Below are positions 19,921 to 30,030 of a stretch of 64,000 bases of DNA, in pieces. Under the pieces are notes generated by a model. It was not told the origin of the DNA, did no database searches, and worked only from the letters and a program-made list of their open reading frames with translations. This stretch comes from Alphaproteobacteria bacterium. Lineage in GTDB: Bacteria > Pseudomonadota > Alphaproteobacteria > SHVV01. Where the stretch lies: contig OZ253470.1 in NCBI GenBank assembly GCA_965261735.1, forward strand, positions 2,656,001-2,720,000. Direction: 5' to 3'. The first letter of the stretch is position 1; each line of letters starts with the position of its first letter. A program made the translations under genes and the position numbers.

Positions 19921-20795
19921 GCCGGGTGATCGATTTCCGGGCGCGCCCCAACACACCGGAGTGGGCGCGCTACCTTTCCCGGCGCCGCAAGGCCATTCGC
20001 TCCGAGGCCGGGGCGGGCTTCGGCGACTACCATGCCCCCGAGGAGACGCTGGAGCAGTACGTCGCCCAGCTCGACGGCGCCGGCATCGAGCGCGCCGTGT
20101 TCGCCGCTCGTAATCGCTCGGGGAGCGACCCGGAGTGGACGTTGACCAATGACTTCGTCGCCGATTGCGTGCGCGCGGTTCCCGACCGCATCGTCGGCTT
20201 TGCCGGCGTGGACGCGAGCGAGCCCGACATGGCGGCAGCGGAAGCGCGTCGAGCCGTACTCGAACTCGGGCTGCTCGGCGTGTGCTTCGACCCCTTCGCG
20301 CTCGGGGCGGCGCCCGACGATCCCCGGTTCGATGGCATCTGTGGCGCCTGTGACGAGCTCGGCGTGCCGGTTGTCATCACGCTCGGCGGGTGGCCCGGCA
20401 TCGCGGCGCCGCTGCGCGATTCGAGCCCGCTGGCGATCGACGTCCTCGCCAAACGCTTCCCCCAGCTCACCATCATCGCCTCACATGCCGGGTGGCCCTT
20501 TGTGCAGGAGATGATCGCGGTCGCGTGGCGCTGCGAGAACGTGTACTTCGAGAACTCCTTCTACCACTTCGCCCCGGGCGCCGAGGTCCTCGTCGAGGCC
20601 GCAAACACCATGATCGGCGACAAGATCCTCTACGCCTCCGCCTACCCTTTCGCGCCGCTCGGCGAGACGCTCGAACGGTTTCGCGCGCTGCCCTTCGCGG
20701 CCGACGTGGCCGAGCGCGTGCTGTTCGCGAACGGTGAGGGTTTGCTGGCACGTATTGCCGCGGCCGCCGCCACGCCGGCCCGCTCGGCACCATAG
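19917..20795 (+). CDS. amidohydrolase family 2 fold protein (non-canonical motifs)
   Basis: IDFRAR, GIERAV, PDRIVGFAGVD, FPQL.II.SHAGWP, NVYFE, YASAYP. Confidence 0.8.
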   Translation: MSRVIDFRARPNTPEWARYLSRRRKAIRSEAGAGFGDYHAPEETLEQYVAQLDGAGIERAVFAARNRSGSDPEWTLTNDFVADCVRAVPDRIVGFAGVDASEPDMAAAEARRAVLELGLLGVCFDPFALGAAPDDPRFDGICGACDELGVPVVITLGGWPGIAAPLRDSSPLAIDVLAKRFPQLTIIASHAGWPFVQEMIAVAWRCENVYFENSFYHFAPGAEVLVEAANTMIGDKILYASAYPFAPLGETLERFRALPFAADVAERVLFANGEGLLARIAAAAATPARSAP

Positions 20796-20809
20796 GGTCG
20801 GGCCGCCGG

Positions 20810-21607
20810 ATGGATCTCCAGCTCGCGAAGCAGCGGGCGCTCGTCGTCGGGGCGACCGGCGACATCGGCGGCGCCGTGGCGACGGCGCTCTCGGGCGAAG
20901 GGGTTCGGGTCGTGCTCGGCGGACGCAACGGTGCGCGCCTCGAGTCGTTAGCGCATGAGCTCGGTCCCCGATGCGGCGGGACGGTGAGCGTCGACCTCGC
21001 CGATGGCGCATCGGTCCAGACCGCTATCGACGAAAGCTATCGCCTGCTCGGCGAGGTCGACATTCTCGTCTGCGCGGCGGTCGATCAGACCTACGGCTCG
21101 CTGTGGGAAATGGAGCGCGATGCGGTGGAGCGGGCGTTCCGGGTCAAGTATGTGGGCTCGATCGATGTCTGCCGACGTGTCGGCGAGCGCATGGCGCGGC
21201 GCCAGTCGGGTGTGATCGTCAACCTCATCGGCATCGCGACCGAGGTTCTCTATCCGGCGAATCCGGTGGGCGGCGACGTCAACATCGCCACGGCACGCTT
21301 TACCCGCTTTCTCGCGGCCGACCTCGCGCAGTCCGGCGTCCGCGTCCTCGGCGTGAGCCCGGGATTCGTCCACGGCCGCCGACTTGCCGCGTTTCTCGAG
21401 GCCGGGCGTGCCGATCTCGAGGCCAGCATCCCGCTCGGCCGCATCTGTTCGCCCGGCGAGATCGCCAACACGGTGACCTTCCTCGCCTCGCCGCGGGCGA
21501 GCTACGTGACCGGCACCATCGTCACCGTGGATGGCGGACTGTCACTGCACGTCCCGCCCGGCGGCACCGGCCCTGCCGCCGGTTCGAGAAGGAGAAGCGA
21601 GGCATGA
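20810..21607 (+). CDS. SDR-family oxidoreductase (atypical, no YxxxK)
   Basis: GATGDIGG, VSPG, GTIVTVDGG; GGDVN where YxxxK is expected. Confidence 0.8.
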   Translation: MDLQLAKQRALVVGATGDIGGAVATALSGEGVRVVLGGRNGARLESLAHELGPRCGGTVSVDLADGASVQTAIDESYRLLGEVDILVCAAVDQTYGSLWEMERDAVERAFRVKYVGSIDVCRRVGERMARRQSGVIVNLIGIATEVLYPANPVGGDVNIATARFTRFLAADLAQSGVRVLGVSPGFVHGRRLAAFLEAGRADLEASIPLGRICSPGEIANTVTFLASPRASYVTGTIVTVDGGLSLHVPPGGTGPAAGSRRRSEA

Positions 21608-22047
21608 CGGACGCCAGCGATACCGCATCGCGCCAAGAAATCACCGAGGTCATCGCCAAATATGCCGTCTACATCGACGCCGGCGAGTTCGACCAGCTCG
21701 AGTCCCTGTTCGCCGAAGACGCCGTCTTCGACATCACGCCCGATCCCGGCATCGTGCCGGTGCCCGTACGCGGCGGGCGTCAGATTCGCGAGGCCCTCGA
21801 GGAGCGCTACCGTCTCGTGTCGCCACAGGCACAGCGGCGGCATCTGATGACCAACACGGTCATCGACGAGCTCGCCGGCGACCGAGCCCGGGCGCGCTCG
21901 TTTCTCACGGTGCTATCGGTGCCGAAGTCGGCCGGCGGCGGCGTGGAACTACGCGGAACCGGCGTCTACAACGACACCTTGGAGCGGAGAAAGCAGATGT
22001 GGCTGTTTACGGAGCGTCGACTCGTGCTCGACGTGTTGGGCACATGA
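21604..22047 (+). CDS. SnoaL/NTF2-like family protein
   Basis: I...YA..ID..E...L..LF.EDA, RRHLMTN, G.Y.D, W.F.ER. Confidence 0.85.
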   Translation: MTDASDTASRQEITEVIAKYAVYIDAGEFDQLESLFAEDAVFDITPDPGIVPVPVRGGRQIREALEERYRLVSPQAQRRHLMTNTVIDELAGDRARARSFLTVLSVPKSAGGGVELRGTGVYNDTLERRKQMWLFTERRLVLDVLGT

Positions 22048-22514
22048 GCGACATCGACGACAGGACCCGCGCGCGGTTCGAGATCACGCAAATGATCTCG
22101 ACCTATGGCAACTGCCTCGACCGGGGCGACTTCGACGGCCTCCAGGCTCTGTTCACCGAGGACGCCGCCTTTCACGTCGGCCCCAATCCCGGCATCGAGT
22201 CGCCGCTCATCGGTGCGCGAACCATTCGTGAATCGATAGAGCGCCGGTGGCGGTTGTTTTTCGAGGAGGCGCAGCGCCGTCACGTCATGGCGAACATCGT
22301 GGTCGAGGAGCTTGCTGAGGCGGCGGCCCGCACGCGCACCGTCATCATGGTTTTCGAAGTCAAGAGGAAACCCGGCAGTCCGATCAATGTGCACGGCCTG
22401 GGCGTTTTCGACGATGTCCTGGAGCGCCACGACGGCCGCTGGCTCTTCAAGGAACGGCATCTGACGCTCGACCGCGTGGACTACTTCGCACCCGGCTGGA
22501 TGAGCCCCGACTGA
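22044..22514 (+). CDS. SnoaL/NTF2-like family protein
   Basis: YG..LD.GD...L..LFTEDA, RRHVMAN, GRWLFKER. Confidence 0.85.
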   Translation: MSDIDDRTRARFEITQMISTYGNCLDRGDFDGLQALFTEDAAFHVGPNPGIESPLIGARTIRESIERRWRLFFEEAQRRHVMANIVVEELAEAAARTRTVIMVFEVKRKPGSPINVHGLGVFDDVLERHDGRWLFKERHLTLDRVDYFAPGWMSPD

Positions 22515-22523
22515 GGTTGGCGC

Positions 22524-23279
22524 ATGCGGTTTGCCGGCAGGGCCTTGATCGTTACCGGCGGCGGCTCCGGAATCGGCGCCGCCGTGGCGCGCCGGTTCGC
22601 GGCCGAGGGCGGCAGGGTCGCGGTCCTTGACCTCGATTCGAACCGCGCCGCCGCGGTAGCCGACGCCCTAGAGGGTGGCATCGCCGTGCAGGTGGACGTC
22701 GCCGACGAGGCCTCGGTCGCCGCTGCCGTAGGCGCCGCGTACGAGCACATGGGCAAGATCGACTGCGTCTGCAATGCCGCCGGCCACCTCACCGCGGGAT
22801 CGATCGACACCTACCCGCTCGCTGAATGGACACGGATGCTCGCCGTGCACGCCACAGGGACCTTCCTGGTCTGTCGCGCGGCGCTGCCCCACCTGCGCGC
22901 CGCCGGCGGCGGCTCGATCGTCAATATCTCGTCGGTGGGCGCGCTCATGGCGCGCAAGCACATCGGTGCCTACTCGGCCGCGAAGGGCGCCGTGCTCGCG
23001 TTCTCGCGTCAGCTCGCGTTCGAGCTCGGCGACGACGGCATCCGCGTCAACGTGGTCGCGCCCGGCACGGTGAAGACGGGAATGACGGTCCCGTTGTGGA
23101 CCGAGCGCGGCGGTGGCGACTACGAGGTTGGCGCCGAGCGCGCGGCATCCGATTCGATCCAGCGCCGCATCGCCGAGCCCGAGGAAATCGCGGCGAGCGT
23201 GTGCTTCCTGCTCTCCGCCGACGCCGGCTTTTATACCGGCGCGGTGCTGGTGCCGGACGGTGGCATGACCGCGATATAG
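22524..23279 (+). CDS. SDR-family NAD(P)-dependent oxidoreductase
   Basis: TGGGSGIG, NISS, YSAAK, VPDGG. Confidence 0.92.
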   Translation: MRFAGRALIVTGGGSGIGAAVARRFAAEGGRVAVLDLDSNRAAAVADALEGGIAVQVDVADEASVAAAVGAAYEHMGKIDCVCNAAGHLTAGSIDTYPLAEWTRMLAVHATGTFLVCRAALPHLRAAGGGSIVNISSVGALMARKHIGAYSAAKGAVLAFSRQLAFELGDDGIRVNVVAPGTVKTGMTVPLWTERGGGDYEVGAERAASDSIQRRIAEPEEIAASVCFLLSADAGFYTGAVLVPDGGMTAI

Positions 23280-23293
23280 CTCGGGAAGACTCC

Positions 23294-23491
23294 ATGCGCA
23301 TCGTCATCAACCGCGAGCTGTGCATTGGCGCCGGGCAGTGCGTCAGCGCCGCACCCGAGGTGTTCGCGCAAGACGAGGACGACGGACTCGTCTTCCTATT
23401 GCTTGAGCGCCCGCGGTCGGAGCTACATGATTCGGTGAGGGCAGCGGTTCGAACGTGCCCAGTCAGGGCCATTTCAGCGGAGCCAGAATGA
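23294..23491 (+). CDS. ferredoxin ([3Fe-4S] type, P450-associated)
   Basis: CIGAGQC...APEVF...CPVRAI; 65 aa; overlaps the P450 start. Confidence 0.9.
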   Translation: MRIVINRELCIGAGQCVSAAPEVFAQDEDDGLVFLLLERPRSELHDSVRAAVRTCPVRAISAEPE

Positions 23492-24735
23492 CGAAACCGA
23501 CGCACCAAGAAAGAACTGAGTTGGCCGACGAGCGGTCAGACCTACCCTCTTTCCCCTTCTCCCGGGCCTTTCCCTTGGACCCGCCGCCCGAGTATGCGCA
23601 GCTGCGGGCCGAGCGCCCGGTGACCAAGGCCAGGCTGTGGGACGGGTCGACCGCCTGGATCGTGACCCGCTACGACGACGTTCGCGACGTGCTCAGCGAC
23701 GACCGCTTCAGCAACGTCCCCAGCCAGCCGGGCTACCCCAAGTTGACGCCGACGCGCGATGCCATGCTGCTCAAGGAAGAACAGACCTTCGTCCGGATGA
23801 ACCCGCCCGAGCACGGCATTTTCCGCCGCATGCTCACCAAGGAGTTCATGGTCGGCCGGATGAACGCGCTCCGCCCCGATATCCAGCGCATGGTCGACGC
23901 GCTGATCGACCAGATGATCGCGACGGGTCGGCCCGCCGATCTCGTCGAAGCCCTGGCGATCCCGCTGCCCTCGTTGGTGATCTCGGAGATGCTCGGCGTG
24001 CCCTACGAGAATCACGCGTTCTTCGAGGAGCGCAGCAAGGCGCGGCTCGCCCTCGACGTCGACCCGGAGATCCCCGTCGCCGCGGGTCGCGACGTCATGA
24101 ACTACCTCGACGAGCTGTTCACGAAACGGGAAGAGGACCCGGGCGCGGGTGACGATATCATCAGCCGCCTGGTGATCGATCAGATCAGGCCCGGTCATTT
24201 GCAGCACGACGAGGCGGTCCGAATGGTCGAGCTCCTGCTCCGCGCGGGACACGAGACGACCTCGAACCTGATCGGTATGGGGCTGCTGTCCCTGTTCGAA
24301 CACCCGGAGCAATTGGCGCTGCTGCGCGCCGACCCCTCGCTCATGAGCGGTGCCGTCGAAGAAATGCTGCGCTACACCAGCGTGGTCCACTACATCGGCG
24401 CGCGCGCCGCCACGGCCGACGTCGAAGTTGGCGGCCAGACGATAGCGGCGGGCGAAGGCGTCTACGCGCTGATCAGCGCCGCCAACCGAGACGGCGGGGC
24501 GTTTCCCGAGCCCGACGCCTTCGACATCCGTCGCGAGGCGCGCCACCACGTCGCCTTCGGATACGGCGTGCATCAATGCCTCGGCCAGACCCTGGCGCGC
24601 GCCGAGCTCGAGATCGTGTTCGCCACCCTGATGCGCCGCCTGCCCGAGCTACGCCTCGCCGTCCCCTTCGAAGACGTCGGCTACAAGCACAACTTCTTCG
24701 TCTACGGCGTCGTCGGGCTCCCCGTGACCTGGTAG
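23488..24735 (+). CDS. cytochrome P450 (CYP105-like)
   Basis: I-helix AGHETT, EEMLR, heme motif FGYGVHQCLG. Confidence 0.95.
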   Translation: MTKPTHQERTELADERSDLPSFPFSRAFPLDPPPEYAQLRAERPVTKARLWDGSTAWIVTRYDDVRDVLSDDRFSNVPSQPGYPKLTPTRDAMLLKEEQTFVRMNPPEHGIFRRMLTKEFMVGRMNALRPDIQRMVDALIDQMIATGRPADLVEALAIPLPSLVISEMLGVPYENHAFFEERSKARLALDVDPEIPVAAGRDVMNYLDELFTKREEDPGAGDDIISRLVIDQIRPGHLQHDEAVRMVELLLRAGHETTSNLIGMGLLSLFEHPEQLALLRADPSLMSGAVEEMLRYTSVVHYIGARAATADVEVGGQTIAAGEGVYALISAANRDGGAFPEPDAFDIRREARHHVAFGYGVHQCLGQTLARAELEIVFATLMRRLPELRLAVPFEDVGYKHNFFVYGVVGLPVTW

Positions 24736-24737
24736 CC

Positions 24738-26411
24738 ATGCCCGACGGCACAAACCAGCAAGCCCCTGACGAGATCGGCGTCACCACCCTCGGTGATTTG
24801 TTGCTGGGTGCCGCGCGGCGATGGCCCGAGCGCGAGTTCATCGTGCTGCCGGACGCGCGCTTTACATATAGCGACATGGCCGAGCGGGTGATACGCAGGG
24901 CCCGTGGCCTAATGGCGCTGGGTACGCGGCCTGGGGACCATGTCGGTATCTTTCTGCCGACCTGCATCGAGTTTACCGAGGCCCTTTTCGCCATCGCGCT
25001 CGCCGGCGCGGTCCCAGTGCTGATCAATGCGCGCTACCGCGGTGCGGAGCTGCGCTACCTGATCGAGAATTCCGATTCGGTGGCCGTGCTGACGACCGGC
25101 CGGGTGGCCGATGGCGTGAATCTACTGGAGCGGCTGAACGAGGAAATCGGCGACGCGGGCTCGACTCAGGACCCGCCCCAACTCGACGTGCCGGGTCTGC
25201 CCATGCTGCGCCGCATCATCACAATGACCGGTGACGCTCCGGGCGCTCTCGGGTCCGACGCGCTCGACCGCTTGGCCGAACAGGTGCCGGTCGAGGCCGT
25301 CCACGAACGACGTTCGCGGGTGCGCGTGCGCGATACCGGGCTCATCCTCTACACCTCCGGCACGACCTCCAACCCCAAGGGCTGCCTGTTCAGCCATGAG
25401 GCCATCGTGCGCAACGGGCAGGAGCTGGGACGGCGCTACGACATGACCGGCGAGGACCGATTCTGGTCGCCGCTCGCGATGTACCACATCGGCGCGATCA
25501 TGCCGATAACGGCCGTCCTCGCGGTCGGCGGCACGTATCTGACCACGCCCTACTTCGATGCGGGCCGCGCGCTGCGTATGCTCGAGGACGAGAAGGTCAC
25601 GATCAACTATGTGTGCTTCTGGACGATGCTGGCCGACCTCATGAACCATCCCGACTTCGCGACGACGGACCTGTCGGCGACGCGGCTCATGAACAGCAAT
25701 TTGGCGCTACAGCCCGAGGCCTTACAGGAGCAGCTCGCACGGGCCATGCCGCATGCCGTTCAGGTCAGCACCTACGGGTTGACCGAGGCAGCCGGCACCG
25801 TCTCCACCAACGGCGGCAATGACTCCTACAAGGCGCGCACGACCCGGCTCGGCTCGCCCCTGCGAGGTGTTGGGGTCCGTATCGTCGACGCCGAAGACCG
25901 CGACGCTCCGGCCGGTGAGCACGGCGAGATTATCGTCAACGGCTACGGGATCATCGACGGCTACTACAAAGACGCCGAGAAAACGGAGGCCGCGCTGCGC
26001 GGCGGGTGGCTGCATACGGGAGACATCGGCTCGCTCGACGAGGCTGGCGACGTGATGTTCCACGGCCGCGTGAAAGACATGCTGAAGGTCGGCGGCGAGA
26101 ACGTCGCCGCCCTCGAGGTCGAGGCGTTCATCGGCGACCACCCGGCGGTCAAGCTGTGCCAGGTTGTGGGCTGTCCGGACTCCCGCCTGGTGGAGGTGCC
26201 GGCGGCGTTCGTCGAACTCAAGCCGGACGCGACGGCGAACGAGGACGACATCATCGCTTTTTGCCGCAACAGGATCGCGAGCTTCAAGGTGCCCCGGCAC
26301 GTCCGTTTCGTCACAGAGTGGCCGATGGGGGCGAGCAAGATCCAGAAGTTCAAGCTCCGCGATGGCTTGATCGCAGAGCTCGGCATCGAGGACACAACGC
26401 GGATCACCTAG
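24738..26411 (+). CDS. acyl-CoA synthetase (AMP-binding enzyme)
   Basis: YTSGTTSNPKG, YGLTE, LHTGDIG, GRVKDMLKVGGEN, SKIQK. Confidence 0.93.
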   Translation: MPDGTNQQAPDEIGVTTLGDLLLGAARRWPEREFIVLPDARFTYSDMAERVIRRARGLMALGTRPGDHVGIFLPTCIEFTEALFAIALAGAVPVLINARYRGAELRYLIENSDSVAVLTTGRVADGVNLLERLNEEIGDAGSTQDPPQLDVPGLPMLRRIITMTGDAPGALGSDALDRLAEQVPVEAVHERRSRVRVRDTGLILYTSGTTSNPKGCLFSHEAIVRNGQELGRRYDMTGEDRFWSPLAMYHIGAIMPITAVLAVGGTYLTTPYFDAGRALRMLEDEKVTINYVCFWTMLADLMNHPDFATTDLSATRLMNSNLALQPEALQEQLARAMPHAVQVSTYGLTEAAGTVSTNGGNDSYKARTTRLGSPLRGVGVRIVDAEDRDAPAGEHGEIIVNGYGIIDGYYKDAEKTEAALRGGWLHTGDIGSLDEAGDVMFHGRVKDMLKVGGENVAALEVEAFIGDHPAVKLCQVVGCPDSRLVEVPAAFVELKPDATANEDDIIAFCRNRIASFKVPRHVRFVTEWPMGASKIQKFKLRDGLIAELGIEDTTRIT

Positions 26412-26426
26412 GCGAAGGCGCCGGCT

Positions 26427-26990
26427 TCACGATCTCCCCGAACGGCGCACCGGATCGCTGCCGTCCCAGCCGCGCGCCGCCTCGCGCATCACCGCGAAAG
26501 CGCCCAGCAGGGCGCCGCTGGGCTGGATAATCTCGACCAGCGGCTCCGATTCCTTCATTTGCGCATAGAGGAACGGGCCCCTGGCTTTGGGCATGGTCCC
26601 CTCCTGAACGATAGCCGCGCCGGCGCGCGCGCAGGTCTCGCGCGCCATCTCAAGATCGCCGACGAGGATGCACAGGTGGTGCAGGCCCTCGCGTCCCTCC
26701 TGCTGCCAAGGCAGGTAGATGGAGGGCGCGTCATTGTGTTGGTGCGCGAGCTCGATCTGGATATCGCCCCAGTAGCCGATCGCGACCGCCACATCGATGT
26801 CACAGGGTTGGCCGCGAAAGCTCAGGCTCTCGAATTTGACGTGGTCGATGACGAAGAAGGGGCCGGCCCCCACGACCTCGGTCCAGAAGCGAAGGGCACC
26901 CTCGAAATCGCGCGGCAGGAAGGAGAGCTGCATCACCTCGCCGAGGCCGGCTATGGACTGCGGCAGCGCGTGCGTACGCAGGATCGTCAT
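26427..26990 (-). CDS. VOC/glyoxalase family protein
   Basis: MQL.F.P.DF..AL.FW....G.GPF, QIEL, GLHHL, EII. Confidence 0.8.
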   Translation of the reverse strand: MTILRTHALPQSIAGLGEVMQLSFLPRDFEGALRFWTEVVGAGPFFVIDHVKFESLSFRGQPCDIDVAVAIGYWGDIQIELAHQHNDAPSIYLPWQQEGREGLHHLCILVGDLEMARETCARAGAAIVQEGTMPKARGPFLYAQMKESEPLVEIIQPSGALLGAFAVMREAARGWDGSDPVRRSGRS

Positions 26991-27039
26991 GTTGCGGCCG
27001 CTTCCGGATCCACAAGGCCGGCCACGCCTGTGCTGCCCC

Positions 27040-28299
27040 TCATCGGGCGGCGCTGCGCGACCCGATCGCCTCCCGGTCGACACCACCCCAGTCCTCGACG
27101 TACGCCTCGAGCACGGGCTCGACCCTGAGGCCCTCCTCGATCCGGTCGGCGCCGATCCGGCGGTCGAGCTCCTGGTGCCAGTGATAGAGCCGCCGCTCCT
27201 GGTAGTTGAGCGGCATGCCGCCGAAACCCGAGGACTCGACTGACCTCTGGATTGCCTCGGCGAACTGCAGGTCCTCCTCGAGAATTCGGTCGAAATTTTC
27301 GAGGCGGGTGTCCCAAACAGCGGGCCGCGGCCCGTCGCCCCAACTCAATCCGAACCAATGGACCTCGATGACCATGGTCGTGAGGTCGACCGGCCAAAAG
27401 CAGATGAAGGGCATGCCTGCCGGTGCCACCGGGGTTACCAGGTTGGGGTACAGGTTGAGGGAAATGTTCGCGTTGGCGACGATGGGATCGAGGTCCGCGA
27501 CCTCGGGCAGGCCGACGGTACCGGGATCAACCCAGTTTTCGCGCCGGTTCGGCGTGACCATGCGCGAGTGCCCGCCGCGCCACAGCGTGATGAACGCGGC
27601 GCGATGATCGAGGAAGCGCTCGACCGAATTCATGTGGATCGACTTGAGGTGGTAGACCTCGAGGAACGCGTCCAGAAGGACCTTGATGTTGCACTTGAGC
27701 GTAAACGCCTTCTTGTCGACCAGCCGCAGCTCTTCGGGGTGGAAGTCCTGGAGGTGGTCCCAGATCGGTCGAATGCTGTCGGCCAAGGGCTCGGCGTCGG
27801 GATTGAGGTTGACGAAGTGCCATTGGCCAAACGATTCGCATCGCACCTCGATGAGCGATCGGCACGACATGTCGAGGCCGACGAAATCGCGCTGATCGCG
27901 AAGCGCCACCAGGTGCCCCGCCAAGTCATAGGTCCATCCGTGGTATTTGCAGGCGAGCTTGGGCGCCCCGCCGCGCTCCTCGGTGACGACCGGCGCGCCG
28001 CGGTGGCGGCAGGTGTTGTAGAAGCAGCGCACGCGATCGTCCTCGCCGCGTACGAAGAACAACGGCTCGCCCACCCGCTCCCAGCGAACGTAATCGCCGC
28101 TCTTGGGAACCTCGTCGCCATGGATGGCGTAGAGCCACGCATCGCGCCACAGATGCTGCCTCTCGAGGTCGAAGAAGCCGGGTTCGACATAGCGCCCGCC
28201 CGGTATATCCGGCAGACGCGGGAAGCCTTCGGGCGGCTCGGTCCGGCCCGCCTCGAAGCTCATGCCGGCCGTTATGCGGCCGACTTCCATCGCGTCCAT
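27040..28299 (-). CDS. Rieske ring-hydroxylating oxygenase alpha subunit
   Basis: CRHRG...CKYHGW; mononuclear Fe motif EVYHLKSIH; EED. Confidence 0.92.
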   Translation of the reverse strand: MDAMEVGRITAGMSFEAGRTEPPEGFPRLPDIPGGRYVEPGFFDLERQHLWRDAWLYAIHGDEVPKSGDYVRWERVGEPLFFVRGEDDRVRCFYNTCRHRGAPVVTEERGGAPKLACKYHGWTYDLAGHLVALRDQRDFVGLDMSCRSLIEVRCESFGQWHFVNLNPDAEPLADSIRPIWDHLQDFHPEELRLVDKKAFTLKCNIKVLLDAFLEVYHLKSIHMNSVERFLDHRAAFITLWRGGHSRMVTPNRRENWVDPGTVGLPEVADLDPIVANANISLNLYPNLVTPVAPAGMPFICFWPVDLTTMVIEVHWFGLSWGDGPRPAVWDTRLENFDRILEEDLQFAEAIQRSVESSGFGGMPLNYQERRLYHWHQELDRRIGADRIEEGLRVEPVLEAYVEDWGGVDREAIGSRSAAR

Positions 28300-28513
28300 A
28301 CAACCTCTCCGACGACATGAGCCGACCCCTGGCTCGCTGCCGGCAGAGTGCCAGAAATACCGGGTATGCGCAAAGTAGGCCCTGGATATACAAAACTTGC
28401 GCGGCCTCGACCCCGTGGCCCACTATGGAAGCTCGCAACACCGCCTCGCGCGGCCGCCTCCGCAGACCTCGGTGGAGCGGCCGCGTCGCGCTCGAACAGC
28501 GGAGACTCGCCGA

Positions 28514-29275
28514 ATGGATCTTGGTTTGAAGGGACGCAAGGCGGTGATTACGGGCGCCACCCGCGGGATCGGTAGGCGGATCGCCGAGCTGCTCGCGCAG
28601 GAAGGCTGCGACATCGCCTTCTGTGCGCGCAAGGCCGAGGAGATTTCCGAGACGACCGATGCGCTCAAGGCGCACGGGCGCGCGGTGTTCGGGGCGTCGA
28701 CCAACGTCAAGGACGGGGAGGCCTACAAAGCCTGGCTGGCCGAGGCGGCCGAGAGCCTAGGCGGGGTCGACATCTTCATCCCCAACGTCAGCGCCGGCGG
28801 CGGCGTCGAGGGTGAGAAGAGCTGGTACCGCAACTTCGAGATCGACCTGATGGGCGCCGTGCGCGGGTGCGACGAGCTGATGCCCGTCCTGCGCAACTCG
28901 GACGCCGGCGCAATCGTGTTCATCGGCACGACGGCGGCGGTCGAGACCTTCATCGCGCCCATGGCCTACAACGCGATGAAGGCGGCCCTGATCACCTACG
29001 CCAAGCAGCTGTCGCAGACCGTGTTCAGGCGGAACATCCGCGTCAACGTGGTCTCACCAGGCCCGATCTATTTCGACGGCGGCTCGTGGGATGCGATCAG
29101 GACCGCCAATGCCGACCTATATACGCACACGCTCGCGCAGCAGCCCAACGGCCGGATGGGGACGCCGGAGGAGGTCGCGCGGTGCGTCGCCTTCCTCGCG
29201 AGCCCGGCGGCGAGCTGGATCACCGGCATCAATCTTATCGTCGACGGCGGCCTCACCAAGCGCGTGCAGTTCTAA
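28514..29275 (+). CDS. SDR-family oxidoreductase
   Basis: TGATRGIG, YNAMK, VSPGP, VDGG. Confidence 0.92.
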   Translation: MDLGLKGRKAVITGATRGIGRRIAELLAQEGCDIAFCARKAEEISETTDALKAHGRAVFGASTNVKDGEAYKAWLAEAAESLGGVDIFIPNVSAGGGVEGEKSWYRNFEIDLMGAVRGCDELMPVLRNSDAGAIVFIGTTAAVETFIAPMAYNAMKAALITYAKQLSQTVFRRNIRVNVVSPGPIYFDGGSWDAIRTANADLYTHTLAQQPNGRMGTPEEVARCVAFLASPAASWITGINLIVDGGLTKRVQF

Positions 29276-29314
29276 CGGGCGCGTCTTGCCGGCATGGACG
29301 TGTAGGGCTCGACG

Positions 29315-30010
29315 ATGAAGCCGGCGGCGCCGACCCACTCCGAGATCGTGCGGCTCGCCATCGAGCAGGACATTTTCACCGGGCGGCTGCCGCCGGGCGC
29401 GCCGCTCGACGAAGTGGCGATCGCCGAGCGTTTCGCCATTTCGCGCACGCCCGTGCGCGAGGCCATGCTGCAGCTCGTTCAATCCGGATTGGTCAAGAAG
29501 AAGCCGCGCCAGGGTGCGAGCGTCGCACGGATCGACATCCGCCGCATGATTCAGATGTTCGAGGTGATGTCGGAGCTCGAGGGTGTGTGCAGCAAGCTCG
29601 CGGCGCGCCGAATGTCGAAGCCCGAGCGGACCGAGCTTGCGAAGCTGCACAGCCAAGGCGCGCGCGCGCTGCGCAAGCAGGACGCCGACAGCTATTACAT
29701 GCTGAGCCGCAGCTTCCATCTCGCGATCATTGCCGGGACACACAACGAGGTCCTTATCGACATGACCAACAAGCTCGGCATTCAGTTGGTCCCTTACCGC
29801 CGCTTCCAACTTCGCTATCCCGGGCGGCCGGAAGACAACCTCGCCGACCATGGCGCGATCCTCGACGCCATCGTCCAGAGCGACTCGGATCGGGCCGGCC
29901 AGCTATTGCGCAAGCACACGACCGTGCAGGGTGACGTGCTCGCCGACTACATCTCGCTAACCGGCAACGGCGAGGAAAACGCGCCCGAGGACGTGGTGGC
30001 GGCGGGTTGA
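29315..30010 (+). CDS. GntR-family (FadR/FCD) transcriptional regulator
   Basis: LPPG..LDE..IAERF.ISRTPVREA HTH; FCD domain FH...N, DH.AI. Confidence 0.93.
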   Translation: MKPAAPTHSEIVRLAIEQDIFTGRLPPGAPLDEVAIAERFAISRTPVREAMLQLVQSGLVKKKPRQGASVARIDIRRMIQMFEVMSELEGVCSKLAARRMSKPERTELAKLHSQGARALRKQDADSYYMLSRSFHLAIIAGTHNEVLIDMTNKLGIQLVPYRRFQLRYPGRPEDNLADHGAILDAIVQSDSDRAGQLLRKHTTVQGDVLADYISLTGNGEENAPEDVVAAG

Positions 30011-30030
30011 GGCGGTGCGGCTTACGCCCG

